From: Verrucomicrobiia bacterium
Lineage (GTDB): Bacteria; Verrucomicrobiota; Verrucomicrobiia; Limisphaerales; J093
DNA: 36,060 bases
Reading direction: 5' to 3'
Assembly: GCA_034677645.1 (NCBI GenBank)
Contig: JAXDCU010000313.1
Coordinates: 1-36,060, forward strand
How positions within the stretch are numbered: position 1 is the stretch's first letter; each line of letters opens with the position of its first letter. The position numbers and the translations under genes are program-made. The notes below the pieces were generated by a model. The model worked only from the letters and a program-made list of their open reading frames with translations, was not told the DNA's origin and ran no database searches. Below, one piece after another: positions 30,201 to 36,060 of this stretch.

Positions 30201-32889
30201 CCAGAAAGAACGCCTGGAGAGCGGTGTTGGTATCGCCGGTGCGGGTCAACTGAACGACGCCCGGCTTGCTGGTGGGGCCATCGGCATGCTCGAGGGTCAC
30301 GGCGGTGACACGCGCAAGAGGGCTTGCGATGAACTGGATACCTGACGCGTCGAGGCCGGCCAACGTGATCGGTGTTTGGAAGTTCAGCGGCTCGGTATAA
30401 TAGCCATTCAAGAAAGCGCCGATCGCGTGAGCCCCGCTGGAGAGGTTGACAAGCGTGAACGCGCCGTCACTGTCGGTATAAGTCCACTGATAGTCGGAAG
30501 CGTACTCGTAGTCACCATCCGTCAGCGAGCCGTTCGAGACGCGGACATCCCTCAGTGGCAGGCCTTGATTGTCCAAGACAAAACCGCTGATTCGGAGGGT
30601 GTCTGGGGAGCCGACCCGCACGACTAAATGCTTGCTGGTCATGCCGCCCCGCATGTCGCTGACTTCGCACCGCACAACGTAGTCGCCGTTGGCGGTCCAC
30701 GCTTTGTTGACTGTGGGTGTATTAGGCGCGACGGTGCCGTCGCCAAAGTCCCAGAAGAACGCCATGGGATCGCCGTCGGGGTCCGTGGCCGCAACCGCCA
30801 GGGTAACAACTTGATTCGATCTGGTGCTGTTGGTTGAAACCGTCAGGGATGCCACGGGCGCCGAGTTGTTTGTGCGCGGACCAGTAAAAACAGCCACATC
30901 GAACCAGAGATTCGTGCCGGAACTGCCGGACGCCAGTGTCGTGATGTAGGTTTTGGACTCCTCGTCGGCGTAGGTGCGTCCGACGGCGATGGCGGCGTCC
31001 TGGCGGCCATGGGCCGATCCAGGTGTCGTGTCCAACAACTGGCTGTAGCCTTGAGCTTGCTGCCATGCTCCCCAGTGGAGTTCGACCCCGTTTGTCAGCC
31101 AACGGTTTGGGACTTTGGCGCGGGCGCTGACCCAGTACTCCCGCTCCGCGTCCTTGGCGATGCGCAGCGCGTACTGGCGTCCATCGACCAACCTGGGCAC
31201 GTCGTGCGCATAGATGCGGTTGGTGCCATCCTGAGTGACCTTGGTCACGTACGCATCGGTTAGCCAGGCTAAAAGGTACTTGCCGACCGCATTGAAGTGA
31301 CCCGCGAACGCAGTCAGCACTTGGTTCGTGTTGGCGGGCCCTTCGCCTCCGCCGCTACCCATGACGTCGAAGATGTCGCCGTACGCTATGTCGTCTCCAA
31401 CACCGATGACGCTGTCATGGCCGACTAGGCTGTCGATGTCGTAAGGCAGTTGCGGGTTGGTTGGGACGTCGGGACGCCGAGTCTCCCAGTAGTTGGCGTG
31501 GCCCAAGCCATAGCAGTGGCCCAACTCATGCACCGTCAATCCAACCCCGGCTCCCTGCAACCATGCAACGCCTCCGCCGCCCAAACCGCCCCAATCGTAG
31601 CCCGGCACTGTCGTGAACTGGAGGATGAGCTGTTCGTAGTTGTCGGCGCTGAAGCCCAGCTTGACAGCTTCGGCGCGCGCGTCATCGAGCAACGCGCCGG
31701 GCCCGGCGAAGGAGTAATGAAGTTTTGGATTCGGGAGCGTCAGCACAGGCGTCACCGTCGTAATCAAGGCGGTCTTGTTGTATGAGGCTTCTTTGTAGAA
31801 GTTGTCCACTTCATCCATGATCGACAGTACCTCGCCTTCAGTGATGGGCACTCGGGTGTCGTCGCGAAACACAACACGCATGTACAGGACTCGCTTTGTG
31901 CCGAAGGAACCGGCCAAGCTTTCTGGCGGCGCGCTGGTCCACCAACTGTTGCCGGCGCTGGCGCCACCGCTCGAAGCCAGCCCCACCTGGCCGCTACTTT
32001 CGGCCTGAGCCAGAGTTTTTCCGAGTTCGGCCCCGTGCGAAGGGCAGCAAACGTCAAGCAAACGGCCTCCATACGACGCCAGCAAACGCGGTTGGCCGCC
32101 AAAAGGCGCCGAGCCGCAGAGAGCGCATCTGGGTGTTATGGGCGCTATGCCACTGGCGACGATCGCCTCGCTCTCGTCTGGTTCGAGCACGCGAAGCGGT
32201 TCTTCCCGGAGGGCAAGCAGGTTGTCGATGGCGATTCCCTCGATCGCGACATTCCTCCTGCTCATGTGTGCGGCTCGTTTGCCGTACACGTAAGCCTGAT
32301 ATGTGCGCCCACCAAGTGTCGCATAGCGCATCGTGCCACACTGGAACTCACGATAGTCGGCTCCGGGGAGTGGCATCGCGGAAAACACGTCCAGGTTGCC
32401 GCGGCCACTGACGTGTTCTTCAAAGTACGCCGTGATCTGTGATGGAAGGGCTTGGCGCCAACGCCAAGGCGCGGTTCGCGCAAGGGCGCCTCGCGGATTG
32501 AGCTTGATCTCTCGCGCGAGCGCTTCGCGGCGCGCGACGGCCAGGCTTTGGCCTTCGGCGAGGAGGCTTGCCGTGGCGCCTGTTTTCTCGGCAACGAGGA
32601 AGCGTTCGACCCAATCCGCAAACCGAGCGTGAGGCACAGCCGGCAACTGGGAAGCAGCCGGGGCGGGCGGCGCAGTGTGGGCGGCGGGCGGGGGCAGAGT
32701 CCCGTCCTGACATGCGATAGCCGAGAGCAAGCGGGCGGGAGACGGTGCTGGATCGGTGTTTGTTGCGGGATTGGGTGCGTTATGGCCGGACGCCGCAACG
32801 CCTAGTCGGGAGTGAGGTCCAAACCTGGCGACCAGCAATGCCAGGCTTAAGACTATTAGTCCGAACAACAGCCAACGGAGTCTCTTCAT
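24250..32889 (-). CDS. Giant (2,879 aa) secreted multidomain protein: metzincin-type metalloprotease, PKD, CarboxypepD_reg-like, about 11 Calx-beta, 7x delta-60 beta-propeller, InlB-B-repeat-like, C-terminal beta-sandwiches
   Basis: Single uninterrupted ORF. Signal peptide MKRLRWLLFGLIVLSLALLVA. HELGHCYGLGH at residues 454-464. PKD (FFWDFGDGT). Recurrent ...RTGDT...L.V.Y...G(T/S)A..G.DY......V.I.AG.......V.P..D...E..E... Calx-beta units. Seven FDPG.G..G.V.A.AVQ.DGKI..GG.F......R..IARLN.DG..D. units. Domain borders were estimated by eye. Confidence 0.9.
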   Translation of the reverse strand: MKRLRWLLFGLIVLSLALLVARFGPHSRLGVAASGHNAPNPATNTDPAPSPARLLSAIACQDGTLPPPAAHTAPPAPAASQLPAVPHARFADWVERFLVAEKTGATASLLAEGQSLAVARREALAREIKLNPRGALARTAPWRWRQALPSQITAYFEEHVSGRGNLDVFSAMPLPGADYREFQCGTMRYATLGGRTYQAYVYGKRAAHMSRRNVAIEGIAIDNLLALREEPLRVLEPDESEAIVASGIAPITPRCALCGSAPFGGQPRLLASYGGRLLDVCCPSHGAELGKTLAQAESSGQVGLASSGGASAGNSWWTSAPPESLAGSFGTKRVLYMRVVFRDDTRVPITEGEVLSIMDEVDNFYKEASYNKTALITTVTPVLTLPNPKLHYSFAGPGALLDDARAEAVKLGFSADNYEQLILQFTTVPGYDWGGLGGGGVAWLQGAGVGLTVHELGHCYGLGHANYWETRRPDVPTNPQLPYDIDSLVGHDSVIGVGDDIAYGDIFDVMGSGGGEGPANTNQVLTAFAGHFNAVGKYLLAWLTDAYVTKVTQDGTNRIYAHDVPRLVDGRQYALRIAKDAEREYWVSARAKVPNRWLTNGVELHWGAWQQAQGYSQLLDTTPGSAHGRQDAAIAVGRTYADEESKTYITTLASGSSGTNLWFDVAVFTGPRTNNSAPVASLTVSTNSTRSNQVVTLAVAATDPDGDPMAFFWDFGDGTVAPNTPTVNKAWTANGDYVVRCEVSDMRGGMTSKHLVVRVGSPDTLRISGFVLDNQGLPLRDVRVSNGSLTDGDYEYASDYQWTYTDSDGAFTLVNLSSGAHAIGAFLNGYYTEPLNFQTPITLAGLDASGIQFIASPLARVTAVTLEHADGPTSKPGVVQLTRTGDTNTALQAFFLVAGSAAPGQDYVDLTNVLSLVTQTNVVSTPFGPATLVFPFFAVDFPTGIVQTNITITPLVTNTPPGGDKDVALTLMYPIEVIRLILTNGEGGILATNTNAVFFSDWEIRSVNGQDTWFQNYTDYVPFWPGQTKVNIAASNAPLPIISLIASSPVTENPIDAGQFTIVRTGPLAVPVTVLLSTEGTAVPGSDYEVLPTSVFLPANVAYANVPVFVRPNLYLDGNRTVTLKITPDESYQVGAGEASVTIMDNDLPLVTITATEPVGSESGSSPAVMLVTRTGDMTRALAVNYLVTGSAVSGADYRTLPGSVTIPAGQPSAAIVVTPRDNGVKDGGKTVQVLLSDSATYNVGPPNTATVFLRDRAWQVVTVTASDNTAIEASETGTFTLTRTGDTTRDLTVRLRTGGTAKPHTDYVYIPETVVIPRLSTTTTVTVTPVDDRLREDSETIILEVLPGTDYYPDVRVFQAMVTLTDDDGSSTLAVGFNFLNSTNLETPAVALIGVSITGNPGEDNPVTVDYKVTGGTAIPDVDYSTVTSTGRLVFVNGPDSGNGQYTNRTQLIPFSYTNDLLARPDRTIVLSLLAPPPFMSNWLTTNEITITNMTGEPEVTNEVVTNSMIVTIPMNAYFDVYTNHTLTILDDDASVVTIEATDAVAREQGLDPGIFTIRRTVVTNRAQTVRLQVSGLAANGSDYQPIPSTVEIPAGFDSLPILVIPVDDPTQEYIEEVKITLLEVPGAQLGSTTSATVSVMDNDGTIEFTRTAYTTYENAPEALIPVHRTSDTNSLVTVDYTVSAGTATAGVDFVVTNGTLTFAPGQALQHMPVQILDDLDVEPGETLYLTLLNAGAGAPLGGQTTATLTIVDDDTAVEFSSAQYLAYENSTNAVITLRRIGVVTNAASVDIATTNGTALGDVDFVSTNATIVFNSGQTTLDFSIRVLDNTLVESNKTVLLTLATNASHSTSIGPQDAATLSIVENDCAFQFSVTNYTVIEHLKVVTLDVQRLGGTVHPAQVDYTTTNGTAMAGQDYQATFGTLLFDGDANVLAPDGSGTIVFQPGDTNLTLQVRILDDNLGEGDENFGVVLTGVRTTDQAPTNTIILGGTTNASVSILDDELPGQVDFSFNPGLGADAPVYALAVQPDGKVLLGGAFTSVDGIILNHIARLHEDGYLDSFLTPGAGADDDVHAIAVQADGRVLIGGAFLSVNGVARTRIARLNADGAVHDGFDPGYGPDGLVRALAVQSDGGIVLGGDFSTISGVSRAGIARLATTGAIDTTFDPGSGAPGGVHAVAVQSDGKILLAGAFTSAAGATRPWIARLNPDGSADASFNPGLGPNGIVRSLAVLSDGRIIIGGDFTSFSGIARHGVARLNADGSLDAAFDPLDGADDAVHAVGAQPDGKVTVAGAFTTFAGLPASRYVRLNPNGTVDTSFQIGTGANDLVRAMVVQPNTAIVIGGDFTVVNGLDRNRIARIHGDEKFLLNTIQFSEAVYRVPEDGANAVIALIRGGDIASAVSVDYTTVDGTAEAGVDYQETKGTLRFDAGETAKTFSVPVFDNVLAEGDKTIGLLLTNLPSGFSLSARLNATLVIEDNESALAFAAAAFSFSEGAGAATIVVRRTGPATIPASVDYETRDDTAVAGEDYVAASGTLSFEAGEVEKSFDVTLIDDDQIEPDKTVVLALSNPVGGPVLGLQATALLTITDNDRVDFYNLSISPPVGGSVTPPSGQYAAGSVIVVLADPARDYHFDQWTGSVNSAANPLILVMDRNYNLTALFKPIDFTYTFEPPFSQSSLATAPWASSTPRPWLLQSATAAGGRFALRSGATGDGQDSILTLVAHTRTGAGSFDMRVSSEANWDFFEFYLNGVKIDRWSGEVPWRSYQFNLVAGQNTLSWRYVKDNNFSSGLDAAFMDNLFLPLDTPDPTDPAAHLSVVTLPIAGFNLELVGRSGNTYITQSTTNLLDWQPISTNTLIGTRAFINDPQPPVLQRRFYRAYTE
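25804..26865 (-). repeat. Seven tandem ~50-aa delta-60-type repeats (predicted 7-bladed beta-propeller) in the giant ORF
   Basis: Residues 2012-2362. Seven units each begin F(N/D/L/Q)PG.G and contain V.A.AVQ.DG(K/R).(L/I).GG.F......R..IARL..DG. 351 aa divided by 7 is about 50 aa per unit. Confidence 0.8.
26880..30320 (-). repeat. Tandem array of about nine Calx-beta-like domains (protein-level repeats) in the giant ORF
   Basis: The recurrent G(T/S)A..G.DY motif, followed about 35-45 aa later by D(D/N)(D/E) unit ends, was counted by eye. The units are diverged at DNA level. Two further units lie at about 25123-25790. Confidence 0.7.
31498..31530 (-). other. Metzincin zinc-binding signature HExxHxxGxxH (HELGHCYGLGH) within the giant ORF
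   Basis: Codons read directly on the minus strand: cat gag ttg ggc cac tgc tat ggc ttg ggc cac. A candidate Met-turn (FDVMGSG) lies about 45 residues downstream. The catalytic domain is estimated at about 30870-31900. Confidence 0.8.
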
Positions 32890-32946
32890 TGTTGGATTAG
32901 TGTGTTCCTTGTTGCCTTTAGACCGCTAGCAAAGGGGGAGTGGCCT

Positions 32947-34323
32947 TTATTCGGTTCCCGCACCTGCTGCTTCTTCGCTGCCACCGCCTTCGCCTTCGCT
33001 GCCGAGTCTATTAATGAGCTCGATAAGGGGCAGGAAAAGGGCGATCACAATGCTGCCCACGATCACAGCCAGAAACACGATCATGATCGGCTCCAAGAGC
33101 GATGTCATGGCCGACACGGCATTGTCAACTTCGTCGTCGAACGTGTCAGCGATCTTCATTAGCATCTCCGGCAAGGCGCCAGTTTGCTCGCCCACATCCA
33201 CCATGCTGATGACCATCGGCGGAAAGACGTTGGCGGCATCGAGCGGCGTGGTGATCGTATCGCCCTCTTTGACGCTTTCATGCACGCGGCTGACGGCGTC
33301 GCCGACGACGACATTGCCTGAGGTTTCCTTGACGATGGTGAGCGCCTGGAGGATTGGCACGCCGCTGCTGATGAGCGTGCCGAGCGTGCGCGTGAACCGC
33401 GCGATCGCAACCTTGGTGATGACCGGCCCCAGCACGGGGAAGTTGAGTTTAAACTTGTCGAAGAACCAACGGCCTTTCTTCGTCTTGAGCAGCAACTTCA
33501 ACAGGACGACGAAGACAACCACGCCCCACACCACGGGTCCGGGGAACGCAGGGAGACCGAACGGCGCGTCTGGGTCGAGGAGGATTGTCTTGCTTTTGAC
33601 AATGTTTGCGATCTCCAAAACTATGCGCGTGAAACCAGGTAGGGCCGCCCCTTCGAGCATGTCTTTGAATATCGCCTCAAACCGCGGCACGACGAAAACC
33701 ATCAGCACACCCATGATAATCACCGCCACGGTCATGACCGCCACTGGGTAGAACATCGCCGCGACGACCTTGCCTTTGATTTTCTGGGCTTTCTCCATGA
33801 ACTCGGCCAGGCGGTTCAGGACAACTTCGAGCACGCCGCCCAATTCCCCGGCCTTGACCATGTTGACATACAGTCGATTGAATACCTTGGGATGCTGAGC
33901 CAGGGCTTCGGAGAACGTGCTGCCGCCCTCGATCGCCACAGCCATGTCTCCGATGACGCGTTTGAGGGTGGGATTTCGCTCCTGTCGTTCGAGGACGCGC
34001 ATACCGCGCAGCAACGGCAAGCCAGCGTCCACCAGCGTGGCGAGCTGGCGCGTGAACGCCGTCATGACCTTGGTTTTGACCTTGCCGCTTAGGAACGGGA
34101 TGTTGATCGAGATACTGCCGAAGCCCTTCTTTTTGCCAGCGGCTGGCGCGGATTTGGCTGTCTTGCCTTTCTTTTCCTTGACCCTTTCCGCCTCGACAAC
34201 CTTGGTTGGAAAGAAGCCCATTTCCTTGAGGCGCCCGATGGCTTCGCCCTGGTTGGCCACCTCGAGCGTCCCTTTGGTCTCCTTGCCACGGGAATCCATG
34301 GCGACGTAATTGAATTTTGGCAT
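32947..34323 (-). CDS. Type II secretion / type IV pilus platform protein (GspF/PilC family)
   Basis: MPKFNYVAMDSRGKETKGTLEVANQGEAIGRLKEMGFFPTKV is the typical N-terminal domain. There are two GspF-type helical repeats (...TRQLATLVDAGLPLLRGMRVL..., ...FTRTLGTLISSGVPILQALTIV...) and 3 TM segments. A Lys-rich insert follows the N-domain, and the tail is acidic and Gly-rich. Confidence 0.9.
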   Translation of the reverse strand: MPKFNYVAMDSRGKETKGTLEVANQGEAIGRLKEMGFFPTKVVEAERVKEKKGKTAKSAPAAGKKKGFGSISINIPFLSGKVKTKVMTAFTRQLATLVDAGLPLLRGMRVLERQERNPTLKRVIGDMAVAIEGGSTFSEALAQHPKVFNRLYVNMVKAGELGGVLEVVLNRLAEFMEKAQKIKGKVVAAMFYPVAVMTVAVIIMGVLMVFVVPRFEAIFKDMLEGAALPGFTRIVLEIANIVKSKTILLDPDAPFGLPAFPGPVVWGVVVFVVLLKLLLKTKKGRWFFDKFKLNFPVLGPVITKVAIARFTRTLGTLISSGVPILQALTIVKETSGNVVVGDAVSRVHESVKEGDTITTPLDAANVFPPMVISMVDVGEQTGALPEMLMKIADTFDDEVDNAVSAMTSLLEPIMIVFLAVIVGSIVIALFLPLIELINRLGSEGEGGGSEEAAGAGTE

Positions 34324-34337
34324 AGGATGTAGGCGGT

Positions 34338-36038
34338 TCAGGTGTACTTGAGGACTTCCTCGATGGTCGACTCGCCGTCAAAGATTCCGCGCAATCCATC
34401 CTCGCGCAGCGTCACCATGCCCAGCTCGACGGCTTTTTGCCTGATGACCGCGGTTGGCGAGCGCTCGTTGATCAATATGCGGATCGGATCGCTGACGGGC
34501 AACAGTTCGAATATGCCTTTGCGGCCACGGTAGCCGGTGTCGTTGCAGTCCTTGCAGCCGCGACCGTAGTAGAAGACTTTGTCGCCCACGTCATGAGGCG
34601 AGAGATTCAGCATGGCGAGTTGTGATTCGGTCGGCTCGAAAGGCGTGCGGCATCGTTTGCAGATCGTGCGGACCAAGCGCTGAGCCAGGACTACCGAGAG
34701 AGTCGAGGAAATCAAGAACGGCTCCACACCCATGTCGATCATGCGCGTCACTGCGCCAGGAGCATCGTTGGTGTGCAGAGTGGTCATGACCAAGTGGCCG
34801 GTCAGCGAGGCCTGAATGGCGACCTGGGCGGTGTCGAGGTCGCGCATTTCTCCGACCATGATGATGTCCGGGTCTTGCCGCAAAAACGAGCGGAGCGCTT
34901 TGGAGAACGTCATCCCCACAGCCTCATGAACCGGGACCTGGATGATGCCTTCGATGTCGTACTCGACAGGGTCCTCGACCGTGAGAAGTTTGGAATCGAT
35001 GGTGTTGATGCGACGAAGGCAGGAGTAAAGTGTCGTGGTCTTCCCGCAGCCGGTTGGTCCAGTGACAATTACGATGCCGTTGGGCTGCTGGATTGCCTCC
35101 TCCATGAAGTCGGAGATGAACTTGGGAAACCCGAGGTTCTCCATCTCGAGCTGCATTGCGGAGCGGTCCAAGACGCGCAACACCACCGACTCGCCGAACT
35201 GTGTCGGCAGGGTCGAAACACGCATGTCAACCTGGCGGCCGCTGATGTTCAGCGAGATACGCCCGTCCTGAGGCAGTCTACGCTCGGATATGTCCAGGTC
35301 CGCCATGACTTTGATGCGCGAGGTCACTGGCAAAGCCAGGTGTTTGGGCGGCGGCGACATCTCATACAAAGCACCGTCGACCCTGTACCTTATCTTGAAC
35401 TCGTCCTCAAACGGCTCGAAGTGAATGTCGCTCGCACGGTCCTGGACCGCCTGGAAAAGCACCAGATTCACGAACCTGACAATGGGGGCTTCGTTGGCCA
35501 GGCTTGTTATATCGATCGCGCCGGTCTCGGCCTCGACAACCTCTTTCGCGATCTCCGCGTCTGAGCCGAGCTGCTTGAGCAAGTCGCTGACACCCTCGCC
35601 TTCCTCGGGATAAAACTTGCGAACCAACTTCTCAACTTGCACGGGGTCGGCAACGACCAGGTGCACCTCTTTGCCCACCGCGAAACTCAGCTCGTCGACC
35701 GCGGCAGGGTTGAGGGGATCAGCCATTGCGATGCGAACCGTCCCACCATCCACACCAACCGGGACGCATTGGTACATGCGTGCCGTGGCCGCGGGGACAC
35801 TCTCGATCACGTCGGGCGTAAGGTCCGTCTCGCTGATGGAAACCACTTCGGTGCCGATGTGTTCGGCGATAAGCTGCAACTGGGTGTCGGTGTCCATCAC
35901 ACCGTAGTCGAGGAGAATCTGAGGGATCGGGCGACCGGCGCGCGCGTGCTCAGCCAAGACCTCCTCGAGCTGCATGTCATCGGCCAGCCCGCGGTCCCGG
36001 ATCAGCGACAATAGCGGATGAGAGGCGATGTCAGCCAT
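34338..36038 (-). CDS. Type II secretion / type IV pilus assembly ATPase (GspE/PilB family) with N-terminal T2SSE_N (MshEN-type) domain
   Basis: Walker [11 protein letters not shown], Asp box/Walker [13 protein letters not shown], His box [13 protein letters not shown], tetracysteine CKRC...CKDC. The latter is found in assembly-type ATPases and not in PilT. It lies 14 nt upstream of the F gene. Confidence 0.95.
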   Translation of the reverse strand: MADIASHPLLSLIRDRGLADDMQLEEVLAEHARAGRPIPQILLDYGVMDTDTQLQLIAEHIGTEVVSISETDLTPDVIESVPAATARMYQCVPVGVDGGTVRIAMADPLNPAAVDELSFAVGKEVHLVVADPVQVEKLVRKFYPEEGEGVSDLLKQLGSDAEIAKEVVEAETGAIDITSLANEAPIVRFVNLVLFQAVQDRASDIHFEPFEDEFKIRYRVDGALYEMSPPPKHLALPVTSRIKVMADLDISERRLPQDGRISLNISGRQVDMRVSTLPTQFGESVVLRVLDRSAMQLEMENLGFPKFISDFMEEAIQQPNGIVIVTGPTGCGKTTTLYSCLRRINTIDSKLLTVEDPVEYDIEGIIQVPVHEAVGMTFSKALRSFLRQDPDIIMVGEMRDLDTAQVAIQASLTGHLVMTTLHTNDAPGAVTRMIDMGVEPFLISSTLSVVLAQRLVRTICKRCRTPFEPTESQLAMLNLSPHDVGDKVFYYGRGCKDCNDTGYRGRKGIFELLPVSDPIRILINERSPTAVIRQKAVELGMVTLREDGLRGIFDGESTIEEVLKYT

Positions 36039-36060
36039 GGCTCATTTTCCAGCTTCGGCT

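Noticed and set aside
32928-32945. Sigma54-like GG...GC element (AGGCCAC-TCCCCC-TTTGCT, minus strand) just upstream of the giant ORF
   Set aside because: The GG-to-GC distance is 15 nt, against the invariant 12 nt of TGGCAC-N5-TTGC. Other TGGCAC occurrences (e.g. near 1865, 4322, 6488, 13575, 21948, 22257) lack a correctly spaced TTGC and lie inside CDSs.
35858-36017. Possible c-di-GMP-binding MshEN motif in the N-terminal domain of the GspE/PilB ATPase
   Set aside because: I could not align RLGxx(L/V/I)(L/V/I)xxG(L/V/I)(L/V/I)xxxxLxxxLxxQ. The best segment, [24 protein letters not shown], lacks the RLG and is out of register. There is no support for a claim without a proper alignment.

Overview
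High-GC bacterial chromosomal segment, gene-dense on both strands. Gene content suggests a PVC-group organism, possibly Verrucomicrobiota: delta-60 repeats, Calx-beta giant protein, weak Shine-Dalgarno usage. That taxon call is a low-confidence guess.

Positions 1-24,200 are mostly housekeeping:
- an edge-truncated DsbD_N-like ORF that is missing from the supplied track
- YbjQ-like protein, Gfo/Idh/MocA oxidoreductase, PQQ-type beta-propeller
- rpsB-tsf, tgt
- an rpsU / TIM-barrel isomerase / LPG-synthase-TM-like operon
- leuA, TauE/SafE exporter, corA
- a soluble PAS histidine kinase plus a sigma54-type (NtrC-family) regulator, followed by a GT39/ArnT-like membrane protein
- a GYF_2/cNMP-binding protein, a TPR membrane protein, a GlgA-like glycosyltransferase, serS

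Positions 24,250-36,038 (minus strand) are the accessory-looking part. A GspE/PilB-type ATPase and a GspF/PilC-type platform protein lie directly upstream of an 8.6-kb gene for a 2,879-aa secreted multidomain protein. That protein carries a metzincin motif, PKD, about 11 Calx-beta domains, a 7-blade delta-60 propeller, an InlB-B-repeat-like module and C-terminal beta-sandwiches.

Observations most worth follow-up:
1. The E/F-plus-giant-protein arrangement.
2. A textbook-style ribosome-dependent attenuator upstream of leuA: a Leu-rich 23-codon leader ORF with 1:2 / 2:3 / 3:4 alternative helices and a U-tract.
3. About 490 nt of unexplained structured spacer next to that attenuator.
4. An NtrC-family regulator split into REC and AAA+/HTH ORFs by a single in-frame TAA followed immediately by ATG.

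I saw no rRNA, tRNA, CRISPR array, transposase/integrase or obvious mobile-element boundary. All domain calls come from reading motifs by eye. No searches were run.
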